Source: Mobula birostris
Taxonomy: Eukaryota
Direction of reading: 5' to 3'
Assembly: GCF_030028105.1 (NCBI RefSeq)
Contig: NC_092374.1
Span: 174,988,057-175,052,056 of the forward strand
DNA: 64,000 nucleotides
Under the pieces are notes generated by a model, which did no database searches, was not told where the DNA came from, and saw only the letters and a program-made list of their open reading frames with translations. This document shows positions 1 to 12,559 of this stretch, one piece after another; the stretch's first letter is position 1, and each line of letters starts with the position of its first letter. Made by a program: the position numbers and the translations under genes.

Positions 1-647
1 CATAACCACACTGCTCCATCACAAACACCACCATGATGGATCTCTGCACCCCGTCCAGTGCGATCTCATCCTTTTCCCCTCCTTGGGGACCACAGATACT
101 GATGGTATTTCTGAAAATCCCCATGTTTCAGGGTACTTACTGAGAGGGATGGGCCACCTCATCCTGAATCTGGGTCATTCCATAAGAAAGGAACAGAATT
201 AGGCCATTCGGCCCATCGTCTGTCTGCTCTGCCACTTCATCATGACTGATCCATTTCCCTTTCAGCCCAATCTCCAATCGAACCTCCTCTGTACCCTCTC
301 CAATGTCAGCACATCTCTCTCAGATAAGGGCCCAAACTGCTCACAATACTCCAGGTAAGACCAGCCCAGTGCCCTATAAAGCCTCAGCATTACATCCTTC
401 CTTTTATATTCTAGTCCTCTCAAAATAAATGTTCACATTGCATTTGCCTTCCTCACCACCCACCTAACCTGCAAATTAACCTTTAGGGATCCCCGCACGA
501 GGACTCTCGAGTCCCCTTGCACCTTAGAGTTTTGTCCTCGAGTGTGACACCTCCTCCCAAACGACCATGTGTGTGACCTGTCCTCCCCCTGCCCTCAGCT
601 GTTGTGTTATCACCCCTTCACCGTCCAGTACGTCAGCCCCCTCTGAC

Positions 648-769
648 CCTGCTGTACTCCTCGATGGGAATCCCATCCGGCAGGTGGGACACACAGGTGG
701 TCTTCCGCCCCCAGCCGAGTCTCCCACCAGGGCCCTCACCTCCCCACTCTGCACCTCAAAGAATACATT
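648..769 (-). pseudogene. TAP2/ABCB9-like ABC transporter exon (Walker A exon), frameshifted and internally deleted
   Basis: On the minus strand, acceptor ttttgcag is followed by NVFFEVQSGEVRALVGDSAGG/KTTCVSHL..DGIPIEEYSR and a GT donor. This resembles the TAP/ABCB9 exon NVSF..PGEVTALVGPSGGGKSTCV.LL...DG.P...Y. Confidence 0.7.
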
Positions 770-783
770 CTGCAAAAACAGCA

Positions 784-1085
784 TGTTTACAATCGAATTC
801 CAGTTCTTAATTAAAGCGAGACTTTCGTCTTACTTGGCTCTAAGTAAGAACTGGAATTCAATTGTAAACAAAGTGGGACAGCAGAAACCTGATTGGATGA
901 GGACTAACCAATCAGGAGGGATGGACAACAGGGTTAGAAACAGCACCGGACTAGACATCATCATTGCCCCTGACAAAGGTGGTAGAGTTTGTCATCAAAA
1001 CATCAGTTAAAGTCGATACCTGTATCCAGCTGGAGCCAGAGAATAGTTTATTCATCATATACATCGGGAAAGCACCAGATCCATT
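784..1085 (+). mobile_element. Penelope-like element terminal fragment with 5' fold-back
   Basis: Has a gattgg...ccaatc region and a degenerate 'cctgacaaaggtgg..gtcatcaaaacatc' hammerhead-type tail like those of Penelope termini. It begins with an 87-bp hairpin. Confidence 0.5.
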
Positions 1086-2500
1086 TTCCATATTAATCAA
1101 CTCCCAGAAAAATTTCACAGCCCACATCCTGGAAGGGCAATCATCCAGAATCTCTCGTCCCCTGTTATGGGCGTCTGGTGCTGCTGGACCAGAGGGTGTG
1201 AGATGGTGACACCAGGTGTCACATGGGGGGCACTAAGTGGGCAAGATAACAGCAACCCTCCCAGGGCCACAACTCTCTCCACTTCCCCACATTCTGGGGG
1301 TCATTACCAGCAGCCAGGAGTAGGCCCAGTAATCACATAACCAATGAGTGCTGTTCAGCCAATGGGGAGGACTGAGATTTGGCAGTTCCGTTCATCTACC
1401 TTCACTGCTTCCCAGAGAGGGACCTGGCACCTCCAGTTGCACTGACATGTTACCTGATCAACACCCTTGGGTCCAGAAACAGCCATTTGAGTCCCTCTCT
1501 CAATCATCGAGAACCCATTACTGTATAGAATCAAATCCTTTGCAGAGTCATATCCAACAGGTTGCTGTCGGTCTCTGTGTTCTTGAATTAGGACAGCTAT
1601 ATGTGTTTCTCATTGACATACAAAGTGAATTGTCCAGCTGTATCAGGGATATTTAATGAGGTTCAGTACGCAATGTCACTTTTAAAGTTTAAAATGCTTT
1701 CAGCTGTTCTTTGTTAAGAATCACAGGGTCATCTGATAACTTCTTGTCCTTCAGCAGAAAGTTGAGCATTAGTCAATTGATCTGCCACTAGTTTGTCAAT
1801 ACATTGATTAGCAATAGTTTCACCTGGCATTGGGTCAATCTTTTTGTTTCATCACGGTCACTCTCACATGAGTGGCTGGGAGCTGTTGTAGAGACAATGT
1901 TGTGTCATCCTGTACCTCCTCCGAGTTCAGACGGTGTCTCTGTACCCAGAGTCCTGTAATTCTGACCATGTGGTGGCACTGTTCACAGAGACCATTCAAT
2001 GTGAGCTGTAATTCCTTGGGCAGAAAGGGCAAACAGCAAAAAACAAACTTACTTTTGGTAATCACTCCTCTGCTAAAGTTTCCCCGGAAGCAAGGGGTCA
2101 CCAGCCCTTGTTCCACTATCGCACCTAAATCTACGATCTCTGAGGAATATCCAAGTTCTGTTCAGCACATGGTTGTAATACCTGAAGACAAAAACCCTAA
2201 CTCAAGCAGCACAATCGTAAGCGTCTTTATTTTATTTGCTGCAAGGGAAGCCATCACCGCACAGGAGACGACGGTAGCATCAAAAAAAACAAATAACGTA
2301 GTCACTCTTTTGTACACAAATGTTATCTACCCGTGCCAGTTCAGGGACAGGGTGTATTCTGATCGTCTGCTTAATCAGTGGACTCGGCATTCTTCCAGTA
2401 ACCAAATCTGCTTGTCTTTCTGCAATTTGTCATGTACCAACATCCATCAGCATAACGTTGTACAAACACAGTTAGCAAAGCATTTTGGTTCAAAGGTGAA
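1085..2500 (-). mobile_element. Degenerate endogenous retrovirus (class I/epsilon-like) pol and env remnant
   Basis: Minus-strand fragments: TTWSELQDSGYRD (RT, like YTWTRLPQGFRD); NKEQLKAF*TLK..LNIPDTAGQFTLYVNEK..AVLIQEHRDRQQPVGY (connection/RNase H); ITGDERFWMIALPG (env fusion-peptide-like). Many stops. Confidence 0.5.
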
Positions 2501-3330
2501 AGTAAATTTATTATCAATGTACATACGCGTCACCAATCTACATACAACCCCCAGATTCATTTCCTTGTGGGCATACTCAATATCAATAAAGTAATAACCA
2601 TAAAAGAATCAATGAAAGACTGCCCAACTTGAACATTCAACTAGACAACAAACTGCAAATACTAAAATAAATGAATAAATAAATAATAAGCAATAAATAT
2701 CGAGATCGTGAGATGAAGGGTCTTTGAAAGCGAGTCCATTTGTTGTGGGATCATTTCAATGATGGGGCAGGTGAAGCTGAGTGAAGTTAAGCCTCCGCGT
2801 TCAAGAGTCTGAAGGCTGAGAGGCGGAAATTGCTCCTGAACCTGGTGGCATGAGTCCCTGAGGCCCCTGTACCCGCCTCCCGATGGCAGCAGCAGGAAAA
2901 GAATACGCCCTAGGTGATGGGGTCCCTGATGATGGATGCAGCTTTCCTGTGACAGTGTTTCATGGACACGTGCTCAGTTGGTGGGAGGGCTTTACCCGTG
3001 ATGGACTTCTTGTAGATTCTCTGCCGAAGGGTATCAGTGGTTCCACACGATGCTGTGATGCAGCCAGTCAACATACTCCCCACCGCATATACACAGAAGC
3101 TGGTCAAAGTCTCACGTGTCACGCTGAGTCTCCACAAAATCATAAGGAGGCAGAGGGGTTGCCACTCATTCCCCGGTCTTACACCCAAAACCGGGACCCA
3201 AGACCCGTCCTGCAAAATAATAACACCAAGCAATTTGAAGTTGCTGACCCTCTCCACCTCTCACCCTCCAATGAGGAGTGGCTGATAGATCTGTTTTCCT
3301 TCTCCTGAAGTCAATAAACAGCTCCTTGGT
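2500..3330 (-). mobile_element. Rex1/Babar-type LINE 3' fragment
   Basis: ORF 2910-3257 MERVSNFKLLGVII...LTGCITA..AASIIRDP matches the Rex/Babar RT C-terminus. Confidence 0.75.
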
Positions 3331-3409
3331 CTTGCTGTCATCGAGTAAAAGATTGTTCCATTTTGTTGGAGAAAAATGCCATTTTGTTACGACAAGTGAA
3401 GTACATGTC

Positions 3410-3730
3410 CACATCTGACACACTTACAGATTCTTGCCCAGACACACTTACAGTATAGTCTCCCTGACATGCTTACTATGCCCTCACTGACACACTTACA
3501 ATATTCTCACCCTGACACACTTACAGTACACCTGCCACGACACACTTACCATCCCTCACTGACACACTTACAATATTCTCACCCTGACACACTTACAGTA
3601 CACCTGCCACGACACACTTACCATCCCTCACTGACACACTTAGTGTTCTCTCCCTGACACACTTACCATCCCTCACTGACACACTTACAATATTCTCACC
3701 CTGACACACTTACAGTGTTCTCTCCCTGAT
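3410..3730. repeat. Minisatellite, 72-bp higher-order unit built of ctgacacacttac sub-repeats
   Basis: ccctcactgacacacttacaatattctc recurs at 3481 and 3553 (period 72), with many ctgacacacttac cores. Confidence 0.9.
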
Positions 3731-3743
3731 AAACTGTAAGCGG

Positions 3744-3935
3744 GTGTCCTTGGTGGGACAGGAGCTCGTGCTGTTCGGGTGTCCTTGGTGGGACAGGAGC
3801 TCGTGCTGTTTATACTGTCGATCAGGTACATCTGCTATGACCTACAGAACTGCCTACAAGCAGCCGTCACAGCGGCAGTGGAGAGAGCCAATGCACAGGC
3901 ATTCTTCGAGAGGGTTGATCACTGATATAAAACCA
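3744..3935 (+). pseudogene. TAP2/ABCB9-like exon (Q-loop exon) with 35-bp tandem duplication and premature stop
   Basis: From 3779: VSLVGQELVLFILSIRYICYDLQNCLQAAVTAAVERANAQAFFERVDH*YKT, then A|GT. Compare TAP VA.VGQEPVLF..S...NIAYGL.....AA..ANAH.FI..L..GY.T. The first 35 bp are duplicated (3744 and 3779). Confidence 0.8.
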
Positions 3936-4167
3936 GTAACAGAGCACAGAATCACCCCTGTCACAGTCACATGGGACATGCTGAATGTTTGTGACTCTGG
4001 TAACACTAGTAACACTCATGATGAAGGGTCTTGGCCCAAAATATCATCTGTTTATTAATTTTCATGGATGCTGCCTGACCTGTTGAGTTCCTCCAGCATT
4101 TTGTCTGTTTATCTGTGAGGACTCTCTGTCCATTAGTGGTGGCAACCTGAAGTCTTTCTGTTGTCAG

Positions 4168-4303
4168 TATTAGAGGAGTCAGGTGCATGATCTCCGAGGG
4201 ACGGAAGCAGAGGATTGCCATCGTCCACGGTCCACTCCGAGAGCCCAGTATCCAGATCCTGGATGAGGCCACCAGTTCCCTGGACATCCAGATCGAGCAC
4301 ATG
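4168..4303 (+). pseudogene. TAP2/ABCB9-like exon (ABC signature and Walker B), degenerate
   Basis: After acceptor ttgtcag: [45 protein letters not shown], a decayed [35 protein letters not shown]. No intact donor. Confidence 0.8.
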
Positions 4304-5199
4304 ACCGGAATGTCTCAATATGTGAACAGTGTCACAGCTATCAACACTGCAGACCAATTCAAGGGCTGGTTCAAGCTTTCTTCAGCTTTCGTCATGTAAT
4401 GGAATTTGCAATATTAGACCTTATTCACAAAAAATGTCGCAGCGATTAACCTTGTCAATCAAATGTACTGGGGAGCAGGAGCTGCCATATTCCCGCCTGC
4501 TGCCCTGCTGTTATGGTTCGTGGATTATGACTGAAGAAACAAATGGCTGGAGTTGCCTAGCACCAAGCAGAAAGGTGTTTATTAAGTGCATCGAAAAACA
4601 ATTTTACATGTATTAGCAAAAAATACAAGAAAACTGTCAATATTTACAAAAAGCTATCTACCAGAAACAGAATAAATAGCTCCACACTATTTCCAGTGTG
4701 AAATCGTGGCAACTTGATCTCTCTGTCTCACTGAGAGCGAACCACCCCATTTTTAAAGCACGAGGAAATATCATCTTTAATCACCCACAAAGTTAACTTA
4801 ACATGAACGACACATGAATTAGAATATGATGCACCCCATAATGTAGTTACAATCATATTACAAAATAAACAGAACCATCTATCTTAAATATACTATGCAA
4901 ACAATATATACACACTTCCGTGTTATTAAAGAAATGGAAAGACAACCAATTCTAAGGATATACTGGGAAAATGACATTGAAGTGTGCACACTCTGCATGA
5001 GGGTAACAGAATGAAAAGGCAACGTGCGCATTTGTGTGTTTGTGTGAAAATGTGGATGTGTAAGGAACATGTTTACCAAGCACTCTCCGTCACAGTACCA
5101 CCCTCCTCTCCTTCAGCGATGATGTTTGGCTCCTGCCACAGACAGGCTGCAGGAAGATTCCTTTTCCTGCTTTATGATGGACACAGAATTTGAAGGGTT

Positions 5200-7150
5200 G
5201 GAGCTCCAGCTACCACTGTCTCACTCTGGCATTACGGCCCTTCATACTCTGAATCCATGTCAACACTCTGAGGTCTCTTTAAAGGTCAAACTCCCTGCAA
5301 AGGAGGTGGTACCAGAGGCCGCCAAGGGCCAAATTAACGGCCAGACACTCCTTTTCACTGGTGGAAGGCTTGGTTTCCCTTGGGAGGAGATGTCGGCTCA
5401 GGTAAAGGACAGGTCGCTCTTGTCCAGGTACTCCCGGGGTCAGCACTGCTCCAATACCTCCTCCTGGGGCATCCAGCTGGACAAAGACCTGTTTGTCAAA
5501 GTCAGGGCTCCGAGCTTTAAGGGTTTGAAAAGTGTTCTCGCACTCACTTATCCATGTCAGTGGGTTGCTTATAAACTTTCCAGTAAGATTAGTTTGAGGT
5601 GTGGCCAGAGTGGTGTATTAGCAATTGAACCTGCCATACCAGACCCAGGAAGGGCCTCACTTCCTTCTTGGTGTGAGGTAGAGGACTGTTGTAGATCATT
5701 TCCACTTTGTCCACCTGATCTCGAAACTTTCCATGTCCCAACTGGCGGCCTCGATATTTAGCTTCCCTTTTTGCTCACTCACAGTTTCGTAGATTGAGGG
5801 TGAGACCGGCAGCATGTATATTCCCCGCGGTCCATCGCAAATTGGTGAAGTGCAGTGACCACGCTTGCCTTTAGACAACCACATCATCCAGGCAGGCCAC
5901 ATTGCAGTCCTCACAACCTTGGAGGACTCGGTCCATCAGCCAGTGGAGCATTGCTGGGGAACCATGAAGACCAAGGGGCATCTCGGTGAATGGAAGCCGA
6001 CCCAGGGGGTGTGGAAGAGAGTGAGGGATTTTGTTTGGTCATCCAGGGGAACCTGCCAGTAGCCTTTACTAAGGTCCAGTGTAGTGATAGAGTTTGTCCC
6101 TTCAATCCTTTCTAGTAGGTCATCGATATGGGACATAGGATAAGCTTCAAAAAAAAAAAAAAAAAAAAAAAATGGCATTCAGCTTCCAGATCAATGAGTA
6201 ACCTCCGGGTGCCATCCTTCCCGGGGACAGTAACAATAGGACAGCTCCACTCACAGTCTGAAGGCTCGATGACTCCCAGCTCCAGCATGGTCCGATTTCT
6301 CATTATTCAGGGCTCCCACTGTTCACTCTGACACTCTGTGGCAGCATTGGTGTACTGAACCCTGATCCCAGTGGAATGTGTTAGGACCTTTGTCAGCCCT
6401 GGTCTCTGCTGGAACAACTGTGGAAAATCAGCAAACACTCTCTGCAGCTCCACTGGTTGTTTGCCATCGAGATGGGAGAGTTCAACCTTCCCAGGCCCCT
6501 CCAGGCCTCAATGACCCCTTCCAAATCATTAATGAGCACATCATCTGTACAAATACCAACAGGGGCAGGAGGACAGCATATCTCTCACGGCACCATTGCC
6601 TGCATAACTTGAGGGGCAGTTTTACCCCCTCGCACAGACCAGCATCCAAGTCAGGCAGAGGTTGCAACCCAGACTTTACTTTGGTTTTGGCACAAATCAT
6701 GGCAAAATAGGAAATGACACCCTCTACTACTGGGTTAACCGATGGAAGTGATTGGCTATTTCCCTCCTCAGTAACTCATATAACACAGGCAGATCTCACT
6801 GCATGATTCATGTCAGCCGATAGTTTCTCCAGCAAATCTGCCTTCATCAAGTGCTTATGCCAGAACTGCTCTTTTTAATGTAAGTTAAGCTTCAGTTAGG
6901 AGCCGAGTTTGAGTGCTTTCTTGTAACACTCTACAAACTTTATGATCTGTCAGTGCATCCGTAAACCCATTACCAAAGTACCAGCTTCTTCCATTCAGCC
7001 ACATATGATGAAATGGACTCTCCTTCCGTTTGACTCTGTTTATAAAACCTAAAGAGTTCTGTAATCAATAATGGCTTTGGTTCTATATGTCCCTGCATTA
7101 CTTTCACAATATCAGCAAAGCTCATTTCTGCTGGTTTGGTTGAAGCAAAC
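5200..7150 (-). mobile_element. Gmr1-like Gypsy LTR retrotransposon remnant (integrase upstream of RT)
   Basis: Minus order: integrase-like KSGLQPLP..RYAVLLPLL..LFSTVVPAETRADKG (~6700-6400); RT MLELGVIEPSDCEWSCPIVTVPGKDGT and AYPMSHIDDLLE..ITTLDLSKGYWQVPL (~6300-5940); then RNase H-like sequence. Confidence 0.7.
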
Positions 7151-9619
7151 TGTATGCCTTTAAACCTTGACCCCTGAATTAGATTAGATTATAAGGACAC
7201 TCAGTCCTCGTTTACTGTCATTTAGAAATGCATGCATTAAAAAATGATACAATGTTCCTCCAGAGTGATATCACAGAAACACAGGACAAACCAAGACTAA
7301 AACTGACAAAACCACATAATTATAACATATAGTTAAAACAGTGCAAAGCAATACTGTAATTTGATAAAGAGCAGACCATGGGCACGGTAAAAAACAAGTC
7401 TCAAAGTCCCGATAGCCTCATCTTCTCACGCAGGTGGCAGAAGGGAGAAACTCTCCCTGCCATGAACCTCCAAGCGCCACAAACTTGCCGATGCAGCGCC
7501 ATTGGAAGCACCCGAACGCAGCGGACTCTGAGTCCGTCCGAAAACTTTGAGCCTCCGACCAGCCCTCTGACACCGAGCACTGAGCACCATCCTCTGCCAA
7601 GCGCTTCGACCCTGCCCCGGCCGCCAAGCAACAAGCAAAGCCGAGGACTCAGGGCCTTCCCCTCCGGAGATTCTGTACCACACAGTAGCAGTGGCAGCAA
7701 AGCAGACATTTCAGAAGTTTCACCAGATGTTCCCTCGTGCTGTCACGTCCGTCTCCATCAAATCAGGATTGTGCACGGTCCCTACTTGACAGATAACAGA
7801 CACCACCAGCGGAGTGGCCGCTGTGAGCTGCGTCACATCACCATCTTCTCCTCCCACCTTCAGTGTTTTCTGTCTGTTTTAAATGGACTGCTGTGCTGTT
7901 TCCTTCACTCGCTGTTCCTCAGCGAGCTTCAACAGGTCAGTATCTATTGCTATATTTCGTAAATTCAAAACATTAAACCAATTGAAAGGAAAACAAGAGA
8001 GTTGGGAGAAGAGGCGTGTACTTTGTTTTGTCTTACTTTAAGCAGGGCACGCACTTATCACGTGGTAGCATGAAGATGTGCACAATTCGCGTATTTATAC
8101 ATATAACCCGTAATTAATTATTTAAAGAAACAAGAATGCTTAATACAAGATTACTCATACTTCTGAAATATTAACTACCCAACACCACACACACACCCCT
8201 GCAATCGCGGGGACACACCACTCCAAGCTGGCTGGGAATTGTCAGGTTGACCTGCCGTCACAACACTCCTTCAGCCCCGGAGTGGCAGCAGGACACTCCC
8301 GGATCTGCCAGAACGTCCAGTGAGAGTAGAACTGTCTTAATGATCAGACCTCTCTGTGACCTCTCCAAGATTACACCAGTGACCAACGGACAGACAGTTC
8401 ATGAAACTACTTTTACTTCTCCTTTCAAATATGATTCTAGTACTAATCTGTCTGTGATTGGAACCCATTGTTTACATTTTCTGGTGTGTCCTTGGGTTGA
8501 TTGAGTAAGCTGGCGCTTTGCTGTCTCCCCACTGGAGTTCGGTGAGATTTGGAGTGGAGTGCACAACTGGGAGGCCTGGAGATGGTGTGCAAGCCTATGA
8601 TCAACTTAATTGCTTCTCTCCGATTGAGGTTGAAGTCAACGAAGACGAGAGTGGAGGTCGGGCAGATGTTCGACACCACCTGCCTACATTTGACCTGACT
8701 TCCCCTCCTTTTCGCTATGTGCTGTCAGAGGAAATTACAGGAGTCTTGCAAACCACATTGCAATGATTGATGGGCTATGGATTCATTTCTGGGGACTTTG
8801 AGGTTCATGTTGCCTATGTTTCTGGATTCTGGTTGCTCTCTTTTGCTGTTTCTGGTGATCTGATCTGGGCGATTGTTGCAGACTGGGACATTTTGGCAAA
8901 GACTGGCTCTGTGGTCTAAACTAAACTAAGCTGAATTCTCCTCTTCTCTTGTATTGATGTTGATATTCTGTGTGCTGTTCGCTCGCAGTTTCCTGTTTGC
9001 ACAGTTTGTTCTTTTTTTCCCCCCACAGGTTGGGTGTTTGACATTTCCTTTGAACTGGTTCCATGATGTTTCTTGTTTCATGGCTGTCTGTGGGAGAAGT
9101 TATATTCTGTATAGATGCTTTGATAATAAATATACTTTGGCTTTGACCCTGGGGATGGCAGGGCATTCATTCATCTCACAGCCTCAAGGAAAAGCTGTTA
9201 CACAGCCTGGCAGTGCCCTGTGCCAGTGAAAAGAACACAGGGGATCATTCTGTGCCAGTGGATGGGACAGAGGGAGTGTCCTAGTTTACCCACGAGATCA
9301 AATATGTGCTTGCACCCTAAGAATGTAAGAACTGATATATATACTAGAAATGGGAACAATTCAGAGGAGATTCACCAGGCTACTGTCTGGGTGGGAGGGT
9401 CATCCTGTAAAGGAGGTTAGGTAGTTTATATCTGCATTCTCTGGAGCTTATGAGAATGAGGGGTGAGCTTATTCAAACATATAAGATTGTAACGGGGGTT
9501 AACAGTGTAGATGTTGAAACATTTCCGCCAGTGAGAGACACAAACAAGGGGTCATAGGTACAAGATAATGGGCCAGTCCTTTTACACTGAGGCTCATAGA
9601 ACATTCTTGCTTTTTGATA

Positions 9620-12490
9620 GTGGTGAGTCATAGAATTCTCTTTCTTTCATTATTAATCTTTTTGTTGGTTTAAAAGGAGCATAAATACAATCAAGAGAAA
9701 TATATATCAGTAACAATACAAACATACAAACCAAGATTGAGATGGACATTGTCAATCAGATTTCATTAAACTAGTGTAAAATATATAATTATAAACTGAA
9801 AACAGCAATTCTCATCAGTTTATGAAAAAAAGAAAAAACATTAAGTTTTAACTGAAGAGAAAAAAACCCACTATACTATATTAAAAAAAAACAAAAAACA
9901 AAAAAAAGTGACTGGCAGTCCATTTTGAGGATAGGACCAAAAAAAAAAAAGAAAGACTTCCTGATCAAAACTAAAACTTTGAAAAAAAAAATTGAAAGAG
10001 TAATAAATCAAATTAAATGAAAATATTGGATAAAGGGTCACCAGATTTGCTCAAATTTAAAGGATGTATCAAATGTCTGACTTCTTATTTTCCCTAAACT
10101 TAAACAGGACATGATGGAGGAAAACCAATGAAAGACTGTAGGTGGATTAGAATCCTTCCACTTCAATAAAATGGTTCTCCTAGCCAGCAAGGTCAAAAAG
10201 GCTATCATAAATTGAGCGGAAACAGGAATATGTAAGTACAGAGAGGAAATTAAGAACCTGGTGGCATGGTGTGAAGACAATAACCTATCCCTCAACGTCA
10301 ACAAGACGAAGGAATTGGTTGTTGACTTCAGGAGTAGCAGACTGCCCAACCCAATTTACATCAGTGGTGCGTAAGTGGAACTGGTCAAAAGCTTTAAGTT
10401 CCTCGGGGTCAATATCACAAATGACCTGACTTGGTCTAACCAAGCAGAGTTCACTGCCAAGAAGGCCCACCAGCGCCTTTACTTCCTGAGAAAACTAAAG
10501 AAATTTGGCCTGTCCCCTAAAACCCTCACTAATTTTTATAGATGCACCGTAGAAAGCATTCTTCCAGGGTGCATCACAACCTGGTATGGAAGTTGTCCTG
10601 TCCAAGACTGGAAGAAACTGTAAAAGATCATGAACACAGTCCAGCACATCACACAAACCAATCTTCCGTCCTTGGACTCACTTTACACCGCACACTGTCA
10701 GAGCAGTGCTGCCAGGATAATCAAGGACATGACCCACCCAGTCAACACACTTTTTGTCCCTCTTCCCTCCGGGAGAAGGCTCAGGAGCTTGAAGACTCGT
10801 ATGGCCAGATTTGGGAACAGCTTCTTTCCAACTGTGATAAGACTGCTGAACAGATCCTGACCCGGATCTGGGCCGTACCCAAATATCCGGACCTGCCTCT
10901 CGGTTTTTTGCACTACCTTACTTTCTATTTTCTATTTATGATTTATAATTTAAATTTTTACTATTTAATATCAATTTGTACTCCAGGGAGCGGGAAGCGC
11001 AGAATCAAATATCACTGACGATTGTATGCTCTAGTATCAATTGTTTGGTGACAATAAAGTAAAGCAAATATTTCCTGCTTCCGATGGGATAATCCCAAAA
11101 ATTGCCGTAAGCAAATTAGGTTGTAGATCCAGATCCAAAACTTTTGATAGTGTTTTAAAAACATCTCTCCAAAAGTTATCTAGCTTTACACAAGATCAAT
11201 CCATATGAGTTAAAGTGGCCAGCTCAGTGTTACATCTGTCTCAAATAGGATTGATATTGGAGAAAATAAGCGCTAGTTTATCCGTTGACATGCGAGCCTG
11301 GTACACTACCTTGACTGTATCAAGCAATGTCGGGCACAAATAGATGAGTTGTTAACCAAATGAAAAATTTTACTCCATTGATTATCTGAAAATGACTCTT
11401 GAAATTCCGATTCCCAAGCACATTTAATTTTATCATTAGATATCATTCATGAGTTCAATAACCATTTATAGATTATAGCTATCAACTCTTTTTGAAATAG
11501 TTTAAACTGAAAGAGGGCGTCTGTCATATTAGGTGGATAAGCAGAAGGGTAATTTGGCAACAAACCACGTAAAAAAAATTCCTAATTTGTAAATATCTAA
11601 AAAAGTGTACATTAGATAAATCATATTTATCCACTAACTGAGAAAAAGACATTAAACAGTCCCCTAAAAACAATTCTGAAGTTATTATTCCCTTGGGTTT
11701 CTAAATTAAAAAGGCCTTATCCAAAATTGATGGTTTAAAAAAATAATTGAGATGGATATTACTAGAAAGAATAAAATTATTTAACTCAAAAAATCTACGA
11801 AACTGAAACCAAATTCTTAATGAATGTTTAATAATGGGATTAAAATCTTGTCTACTAATCTTAGAAAACAAAAAGGGAAGAGAAGCTCCTAGTAAAGAGG
11901 CCAAAAAGAATCCTTTCACCGAGTTTTCCTCCAAATCCAACCATGAAGGACGTTCATGTATATCTGAATAGTGAATCCAAAAAGTAATATGGAATATTAA
12001 TTGCCCAATAGTACATTCTAAAGTTAGGTAAAGCCTTACCACAATCTTTTTTTAATTTCTGCAAGGGTTTAATCAATCTGGGATTTTTATTGTTCCAAAT
12101 TTAAGATTATAGAATCTATTCTGTCAAATAACTTTTTAGGATCAAAGGAAGGAACTGCCTGAAATATAGGTAAAATTTTGGTAAAACTATTTTAATAGCA
12201 TTAATCCGACCTACTAATGATAATGTCATAGGTGACCATTTAGAAAGTATTTGTTTGGTGTAGCCAATTAATGGAAAAAAATGTATAGAGATCCTTAAGA
12301 TTAGTAATTTTAATACCAAGGTAGGTAAAGTAATATTTAGTAATACCAGAAAGGTACTTGGTGATTTGGATCCGAGTAATTATTATTAGGAAATAGCTCA
12401 CTTTTACGTAAATTTAATTTATACCCAGAAAAACTAGAGTTCAGAAAATATAGATAACATAGAAGGAATAGATTTCTTAGGATCTGAAAG
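9620..12490 (-). mobile_element. L1-clade LINE 3' half, interrupted by a Rex/Babar insertion
   Basis: Fragments KWSPMTLSLVGRINAIKIVLPKF, NPIIKHSLRIWFQFRRFF and AFLTLLARRTILLKWKDSNPPT..W, plus an A/T-rich 3' tail near 9800-10000. Confidence 0.75.
10236..11066 (+). mobile_element. Rex1/Babar LINE, 5'-truncated, nested in L1
   Basis: ELVKSFKFLGVNITNDLTWSN..KKAHQRLYFLRKLKKFGLSPKTLTNFYRCTVESIL.GCITTWYG; ends ...caataaagtaaag. Confidence 0.85.
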
Positions 12491-12559
12491 AGTCATGGAA
12501 TTCTCTGCCCCAAGGGTGAGGGAGGCCAGATGACTGGACTTTGATGAAAAACAATGATG

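Noticed and set aside
1872-2594. 240-aa plus-strand ORF
   Set aside because: No recognisable domain; it is antisense to the ERV remnant and ends in a LINE tail.
3410-3730. CRISPR-like repeat-spacer pattern
   Set aside because: Vertebrate intronic minisatellite; the 'spacers' are themselves repeated and there are no cas genes.
4187-4399. Functional ABC transporter CDS
   Set aside because: The signature is degraded (SEGRKQ), the donor is missing, the upstream exon has a stop and a duplication, and the Walker A exon is inverted.
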